DNA of 32,000 nucleotides from Candidatus Saccharimonadota bacterium (GTDB lineage Bacteria; Bacteroidota; Bacteroidia; Cytophagales; Amoebophilaceae): NCBI RefSeq assembly GCF_964030745.1, contig NZ_OZ034918.1, positions 630,001 to 662,000 of the forward strand, read 5' to 3'. Shown piece by piece: positions 27,273 to 32,000 of this stretch (position 1 is its first letter; each line of letters starts with the position of its first letter). The notes under the pieces were generated by a model. It saw only the letters and a program-made list of their open reading frames with translations, ran no database searches and was not told where the DNA came from. The position numbers and the translations under genes were made by a program.

Positions 27273-27488
27273 ACAGGCATCAAACACCAAAATCGATAAA
27301 CGCAATAGCCTACAATAGACCGCTTTCGAAACCTATTTGTGGTGCGTAATTTTCAGGAGCAGCGTAGTGGCCAGCATCCTTAGCTGTATGCTAGGAGCAT
27401 AAGCGCGCCCCAAAATTGTCATGAGCAATTCAATTTTAAAAAGCGGCCTATTGTAGCGATCATAACGCAAATAAAATTTGGTATATCT

Positions 27489-28709
27489 ATGAAGACGAAA
27501 CGTATTATTCCTATTTACATGGTCTTAAATGGGCTGGGTAGTATGGTACCCACTATTCTAATGATTGGCTTTTCCATCACTTTATTTGAAAAAGATACCA
27601 GCGGCATTTCTGCAGCTTATTTGGAGCCAGCCAGTTTATTAGGAATTGGTTTTGCTGGGTTAATCGGAGGTTTTTTTTTCAAACGTTTTTCCTCCTATAC
27701 GATAGGTATAGGTGCACTTTTATGCGCAACATCAACTTTGTTGATCTTATCGGCCTATAATGATGTAAATCTACGTGCCTGCACCATTACATTATGGGCG
27801 CTTGCTTGCATTATGAGTATTGAACATTCCAATGGTCTTGCTTTTATCAATAGGCAAATAGGGGCGCATGACAAACCTTTCTTTTTTTCGACTTTTCAAA
27901 TTTTTTTACAGTGTTTTAATGTATTAGCGCCCATAGCAGCAAAAAACCTACTGGCCACTATCGGATTGAAAATGCTTTTGTTGCTTTGCAGCCTTATCTA
28001 CATCTTGCGTATCATACCCTGGAAGCTATTCCGAGATCTTGGCGCAAAAGAAATGTTACGACAACCATCTGGTATGTTAACAGGCTTTAAGGAAATCATT
28101 CAAAACCCTGGGCTAGTACGTATGACCAGCTTTCGTTTGGTAAGCTATATAGCCATTATAGCCTATACGGTCAGTTTGCCCATTTTGGTAGCAAGAATGG
28201 CAAATGGAAATAGTCAAGTCAATGCAGCATTACATAGCTACAGCATCAGTATGATGCACTTAGGTTTCATTGTAAGTGGCATATGTGGTTCATGGATCTT
28301 AAAAAGAAGGCCTAGGTGGATCGTTGGCTTTTTTAATATTAGCCCTATTTGTATCGTATTAGCTTCGATTGTGGCTTTTTATGTCAGGCAACCAGGCTAC
28401 CTTCAGGCAACTGCCTTATTATATGGCATGGGCCTTTACTTACTTAGAACAGCTATTGCAATTATAGGGCAAGCGTTAACGCAAAAAGATAAACTGGCCC
28501 ACGTGATTTTAGTGGGGGATGCAGTGGTCAAATCTTTTGCTTATGGCATTGGTACGTTGATACCATCTTGGATCCTCCTTCCCGCTGTATGGGGTATAGC
28601 GCCTCCATTTGTGGGATGTGTTTTGTGTTCTTTACTTTCATTGGGTATGATCAAACCCATTACCAAAATATATTTGGATTCTTTATGTAAAAAGAATAAT
28701 GCCCAATAA
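27489..28709 (+). CDS. Polytopic membrane transporter, probably MFS-type
   Basis: 406 aa, hydrophobic throughout, with roughly 10-12 predicted helices. No specific signature was recognised. Confidence 0.45.
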   Translation: MKTKRIIPIYMVLNGLGSMVPTILMIGFSITLFEKDTSGISAAYLEPASLLGIGFAGLIGGFFFKRFSSYTIGIGALLCATSTLLILSAYNDVNLRACTITLWALACIMSIEHSNGLAFINRQIGAHDKPFFFSTFQIFLQCFNVLAPIAAKNLLATIGLKMLLLLCSLIYILRIIPWKLFRDLGAKEMLRQPSGMLTGFKEIIQNPGLVRMTSFRLVSYIAIIAYTVSLPILVARMANGNSQVNAALHSYSISMMHLGFIVSGICGSWILKRRPRWIVGFFNISPICIVLASIVAFYVRQPGYLQATALLYGMGLYLLRTAIAIIGQALTQKDKLAHVILVGDAVVKSFAYGIGTLIPSWILLPAVWGIAPPFVGCVLCSLLSLGMIKPITKIYLDSLCKKNNAQ

Positions 28710-28961
28710 AGCATTCCGCACCTTCCCCCAAATAGATCTCCTGATACGCATTAGGCTTTTCAACCACTTTTAGTTGACTATGAGTTTGTTTTTTTGTAGT
28801 TTATGAATAAAGGGGAAGTGGATAAATGGACAACCATTGTCTCAACCCCATTGCAACACAATTAAGCATTCTGGATTAACTAAACCAGATAGCGCCATAT
28901 GTATTATGGCAATGCTGCTTAATAGTGATTAGATAACTAAACTTAAAAAAAGATAAATATT

Positions 28962-29900
28962 ATGAAAAAACATACATGCTATAAAGGAGCTTTGCTCATT
29001 GGAGTGCTCAGTTTAAACACTTTATCTTCCTGTGTACACACAAGACAAACATTAGGTATGAACAGCGGGCTAGCTGTGAGTAATAATAATGTAGTGCCTG
29101 CCAATAGTCTTGGTACGTTGCAACTTAATCAAGACAGTTCTGGGATAACAAACGGCTTTAGCTCAAACATGGATTCGATAAAAACACAATCCATTCTTAA
29201 TGACCTACAAGTGGGAGAACAACAATGGGGGAGTAATGAGGGCGAGAAAGATATTGCAAAACGGGAAGTTCCTGCTCTTAATGACCTACAAGTGGGAGAA
29301 CAACAATGGGGGAGTAATGAGGGCGAGAAAGATATTGCAAAACGGGAAGTTCCTGCTCTTAATGACCTACAAATGGGAGAACAACAATGGGATAGGGCAA
29401 ATAGGGTGCGGAGCGCGATATACAAGGCAGATGTGGATAGCGTCGAAGAGATGCAGAGCAAGGGAGAAATAAACTGGAATTACCAGGATATGGTGGGTAA
29501 CACATTGGTGCATACAATAGCACATCAACTACAAGAAGTGTGCAGTTATCTAATGATAAAAGGAAGTCAAGCATACCAAGAGTGCCCCGACCCAAAAACA
29601 GCCGAGAATGTTGTAAAGATAGGGGGCATTGCATGTGCAGACAATACAAGTGCGGATCCCTCTATACCTAATATATGGGGCATGACTGTACTGAGTCAGT
29701 TGAAAAACTGGATTCTGCATGCAGAGGGAAATAGTCGTTTCAAGAGTTTGTGCGAAAAGCTATATCTAGGACTAGACCGATGTAACCAGGTAAACAAGAA
29801 TAAAGCATTAGCAAAAGAGAATGAAGAATTAAAAAGCACGAATGAAATATTAGAGGAAAAATTGCAGGAGTGTGAAAACCGTAATTCCAATAGTAGGTAG
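28962..29900 (+). CDS. Hypothetical lipoprotein with a 27-aa tandem repeat, degenerate ankyrin-like repeats and a C-terminal coiled coil
   Basis: Lipobox LNTLSSC (Cys24). The unit LNDLQVGEQQWGSNEGEKDIAKREVPA occurs 2.4 times. The ANK-like segment is ...VRSAIYKADVDSVEEMQSKGEINWNYQDMVGNTLVHTIAHQLQEVCSYLMIKGS.... The heptad-like tail is NKALAKENEELKSTNEILEEKLQECE. Confidence 0.7.
   Translation: MKKHTCYKGALLIGVLSLNTLSSCVHTRQTLGMNSGLAVSNNNVVPANSLGTLQLNQDSSGITNGFSSNMDSIKTQSILNDLQVGEQQWGSNEGEKDIAKREVPALNDLQVGEQQWGSNEGEKDIAKREVPALNDLQMGEQQWDRANRVRSAIYKADVDSVEEMQSKGEINWNYQDMVGNTLVHTIAHQLQEVCSYLMIKGSQAYQECPDPKTAENVVKIGGIACADNTSADPSIPNIWGMTVLSQLKNWILHAEGNSRFKSLCEKLYLGLDRCNQVNKNKALAKENEELKSTNEILEEKLQECENRNSNSR
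29196..29390 (+). repeat. In-frame 81-bp tandem repeat, 2.4 copies
   Basis: Units 29196-29276 and 29277-29357 are identical when read base by base. The third partial unit (29358-29390) has a single G->A change (Val->Met). Confidence 0.95.
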
Positions 29901-29917
29901 ATCCCTTCGGGGGATCC
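29900..29917 (+). terminator. Stem-loop at the end of the ANK-like gene (GATCCC-TTCGG-GGGATC)
   Basis: A 6-bp GC-rich stem with a 5-6-nt TTCGG-type loop overlaps the TAG stop. There is no U-tract, so terminator function is uncertain. Confidence 0.3.
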
Positions 29918-30025
29918 GTTCATGACTGTGGAAGAGATGTTCTTTCCGATCTGTTTTAGGTATAGCTTTAGGGAAGTTGTTTTGCATAAATGCACAATTT
30001 TGTTTTAAAGTTTTCGTACAAAGTT

Positions 30026-30423
30026 GGAAAAACGAGTTTCCTGCCATAGCCGTGAACGGGTATGCCCTCGGAAAAAAGTTGTGGCCCCACTCCTTGTAAA
30101 TGGCTAACCCACTATCAGCCCTGCCTCTCCTTCGATAAAAAAATGGCGCTCTAGTAAAGGACTAACAGCTGAGCGATATGTTTTTCAGTGGATTAGAAAA
30201 TCGTCTGTTTGAAGCCCGCTTGCGGGCTGAGTTCACGATTTTCCCGCTGAAAAACATATCGATTCAACTATTTACTATCGGGCCATACTTTTTATCGAAG
30301 GAGACGCGGGGCGGGTACTTGGTCAGCTATTTGCTTTTTCAGAAAAACGTAATCACAGTGATGAATGGATACTCGTGAAAAGCTAGAAAAAACGTATTTT
30401 CTGCCACAGTGGTGAATAGATAC
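30026..30423. repeat. Composite repeat cluster 4: spacer + T, partial P2 arm, partial L, P1-D, L(rev), T, spacer + T
   Basis: GGAAAAACGAGTTTCCTGCCATAGCCGTGAACGGGTAT (30026-30063) recurs as AGAAAAAACGTATTTTCTGCCACAGTGGTGAATAGATAC (30385-30423). Segment 30304-30372 is the reverse complement of 9368-9436. Confidence 0.85.
30127..30303 (+). repeat. P1 palindromic element, copy D
   Basis: Full-length with both termini and the centre GAAGCCCGCTTGCGGGCT. It differs from copy A at a handful of positions. Confidence 0.9.
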
Positions 30424-30431
30424 TATGGTAT

Positions 30432-31073
30432 CTATATCACACCACTTTTTTGGATAAAGTCAACAGCAATGGCTAAACCCTGGTTGTCTATCGAATGAGC
30501 AAGGTTCTTGAGTTTATGCCCACTACATGGTACCTTTTGCTCAGCTAAATAAGCTATCGCATGGTCTACAGCACCTACCGCAACTACAGTATCTAACATG
30601 CCATGAATCAAACAAATAGGTGTAGTCGTATTGATGGGTTGCGGAGGGGCTATCAATAGCCCAGAAAATCCTATAGTAGATAAGAAAGGCTCCGTCTGTA
30701 TAAGTGTTAAATAGATAGCCAGCATAGCCCCCTGTGAGAAGCCAATCAGAATAGTATCTTTATTGGTAAGATTGAGCCCCATTTGTTTTTGTTTAATGAT
30801 CTCTGTAACCGATGCTACATTACTGCCCAATAACCTTTTCATCACATAGGGCGTTCGATCTTGCAGGCTAAACCATTGCCGCCCATGAGCAGCCATATCA
30901 TATGGCTCTACCCCATGTGGCGCCATAAAATGGCAGTCCGGTAAATCATCTTGGATATATGGAACCAATTTGATTAAATCATGCCCATTAGAGCCGACAC
31001 CATGTAATAATACTACTAACTTTTTTGCGGGTAGCATTTTACTATGTACCTCAGGATGTATTAAATTGCTCAT
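30432..31073 (-). CDS. Alpha/beta hydrolase, phospholipase/carboxylesterase family
   Basis: [15 protein letters not shown] (oxyanion region), the nucleophile elbow GFSQGAMLA, and late Asp/His context (IHGMLDTVV ... AHSI). The track ORF extends to 31121, but the ATG at 31073 (MSNLIHPEV) avoids overlap with nth. Confidence 0.8.
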   Translation of the reverse strand: MSNLIHPEVHSKMLPAKKLVVLLHGVGSNGHDLIKLVPYIQDDLPDCHFMAPHGVEPYDMAAHGRQWFSLQDRTPYVMKRLLGSNVASVTEIIKQKQMGLNLTNKDTILIGFSQGAMLAIYLTLIQTEPFLSTIGFSGLLIAPPQPINTTTPICLIHGMLDTVVAVGAVDHAIAYLAEQKVPCSGHKLKNLAHSIDNQGLAIAVDFIQKSGVI

Positions 31074-31127
31074 TATTGATCTGCTATTATTGTAAACTTG
31101 TCCACAACTCGTGCTCATCAATATATC

Positions 31128-31766
31128 ATGGAAAAACCAATAGTTGATAAAATTTTTGAGATTTTAAGCAATAAAAATCAAAACCCTACCACAGAACTGG
31201 TCTATACCAATGCATTTACCTTATTAGTAGCGGTAATATTATCTGCACAAGCCACTGATATATCGGTAAATATAGCAACCAAACCTTTGTTTGAGCAGTG
31301 TGATACACCCGAAAAAATGGTATGCCTTGGAGAAGAAGGGTTGAAAAAATATATAAAATCCATTGGATTGTTTAACCACAAAGCTAAAAATATCATCTCC
31401 TTATGTAAGCGATTGATCACCCATTATGACGGCCATATACCCAACAACTTTGAATCACTTTTACAACTACCAGGCGTAGGTAGAAAAACAGCCAATGTAA
31501 TCCTCAACACCTTATTTAACGAGCCAACCATTGCGGTAGACACCCATGTATTTAGAGTAGCCAAAAGAATTGGCCTAGCAAAAGGCACAACGCCCCAAAA
31601 AGTAGAGAGTGAACTATTAGAGATTATAGATCAAAAGTGGCGCAGGCACGCCCATCATTGGCTTATCCTACATGGTAGATATATTTGCAAAGCAAGAAAA
31701 CCTAACTGCAGCATTTGTCCCATTCAAACACATTGCGCCTACTATCAAGAAAATTTCAAAGAGTAG
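31128..31766 (+). CDS. nth: Endonuclease III (DNA-(apurinic or apyrimidinic site) lyase)
   Basis: HhH-GPD motif [17 protein letters not shown], catalytic AVDTHVFRV, and the 4Fe-4S cluster loop C-x6-C-x2-C-x5-C ([17 protein letters not shown]). The track start at 31098 is TTG; the first ATG is at 31128. Confidence 0.95.
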   Translation: MEKPIVDKIFEILSNKNQNPTTELVYTNAFTLLVAVILSAQATDISVNIATKPLFEQCDTPEKMVCLGEEGLKKYIKSIGLFNHKAKNIISLCKRLITHYDGHIPNNFESLLQLPGVGRKTANVILNTLFNEPTIAVDTHVFRVAKRIGLAKGTTPQKVESELLEIIDQKWRRHAHHWLILHGRYICKARKPNCSICPIQTHCAYYQENFKE

Positions 31767-31867
31767 GTGCCAGATGAAGCATCATATTTATAATCTCCTG
31801 CTTCAATGAAGGATATTTTTTTATTAAAGGTTTAACCTCATTGTTAAAGCTGAAAGAAAATATAATA

Positions 31868-32000
31868 CTATAGCCCATTGAGTTCTTTTACAAAATCTTG
31901 TTCAGAGATCATGTTCAATTTGCCTTGTCGAAACAATTTAACCTCTTCTAATGCATTTTTAAACTTTGTTAAAGTAGCCCTTTTAGCACCTTCATGATCC
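31868..32000 (-). CDS. 3' end of an unidentified gene (the 5' part lies beyond the window end)
   Basis: My own minus-strand translation is open from the window edge to TAG (complement of 31868-31870): ...DHEGAKRATLTKFKNALEEVKLFRQGKLNMISEQDFVKELNGL*. No family was recognised. Confidence 0.35.
   Translation of the reverse strand, partial: DHEGAKRATLTKFKNALEEVKLFRQGKLNMISEQDFVKELNGL

Noticed and set aside
29129-29649. ORFs 29129..29461(-), 29200..29472(+) and 29359..29649(-), with internally repeated peptides.
   Set aside because: They are alternative-frame or antisense readings of the 81-bp tandem repeat inside the 28962..29900 gene. Their periodicity is inherited from that repeat.
31098-31121. 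Apparent head-to-head overlap of the esterase and nth coding regions.
   Set aside because: It is an artefact of maximal ORF extension: TTG at 31098 for nth and an upstream ATG at 31121 for the esterase. Using the ATG at 31128 and the ATG at 31073 gives non-overlapping divergent genes with normal N-termini.

Overview
AT-rich bacterial chromosome segment with a Bacteroidota-type housekeeping gene set. It includes fused secDF, bamA, an lptC-like gene, murG, htrA, uvrA, queA, cysS, mgtE, nth, a 2-oxoacid dehydrogenase E2 and tsaC/yraN. Many predicted lipoproteins and small outer-membrane beta-barrels are also present. Two ORFs carry eukaryote-like modules: a RING-H2-like zinc finger and degenerate ankyrin repeats. 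With the dense interspersed repeats, this suggests an intracellular symbiont of the Amoebophilus/Cardinium type; that placement is a guess from memory, not a search result. The most unusual content is non-coding. Four intergenic sites (about 9355-9646, 14331-15240, 20348-20596, 30026-30423) are filled with a modular, BIME-like mosaic of long imperfect palindromes. I call the modules P1 (about 177 bp; 4 copies plus a fragment), P2 (about 136 bp; 3 copies), a 10-bp-stem hairpin module H, a spacer module L, and a roughly 20-nt junction motif T (CCAyAGnnnTGAAyrGATAC; at least 11 copies). P2 copies differ from each other by paired, compensatory substitutions that keep the stem complementary. One copy supplies the last codons and the stop of cysS. 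The ORFs predicted inside these repeats are treated as artefacts. Other notable items are a tandem lspA duplication, a perfect 81-bp in-frame tandem repeat in the ankyrin-like lipoprotein gene, and an overlapping lipoprotein/beta-barrel gene pair. No CRISPR array, rRNA, tRNA or intact IS/transposase was recognised.
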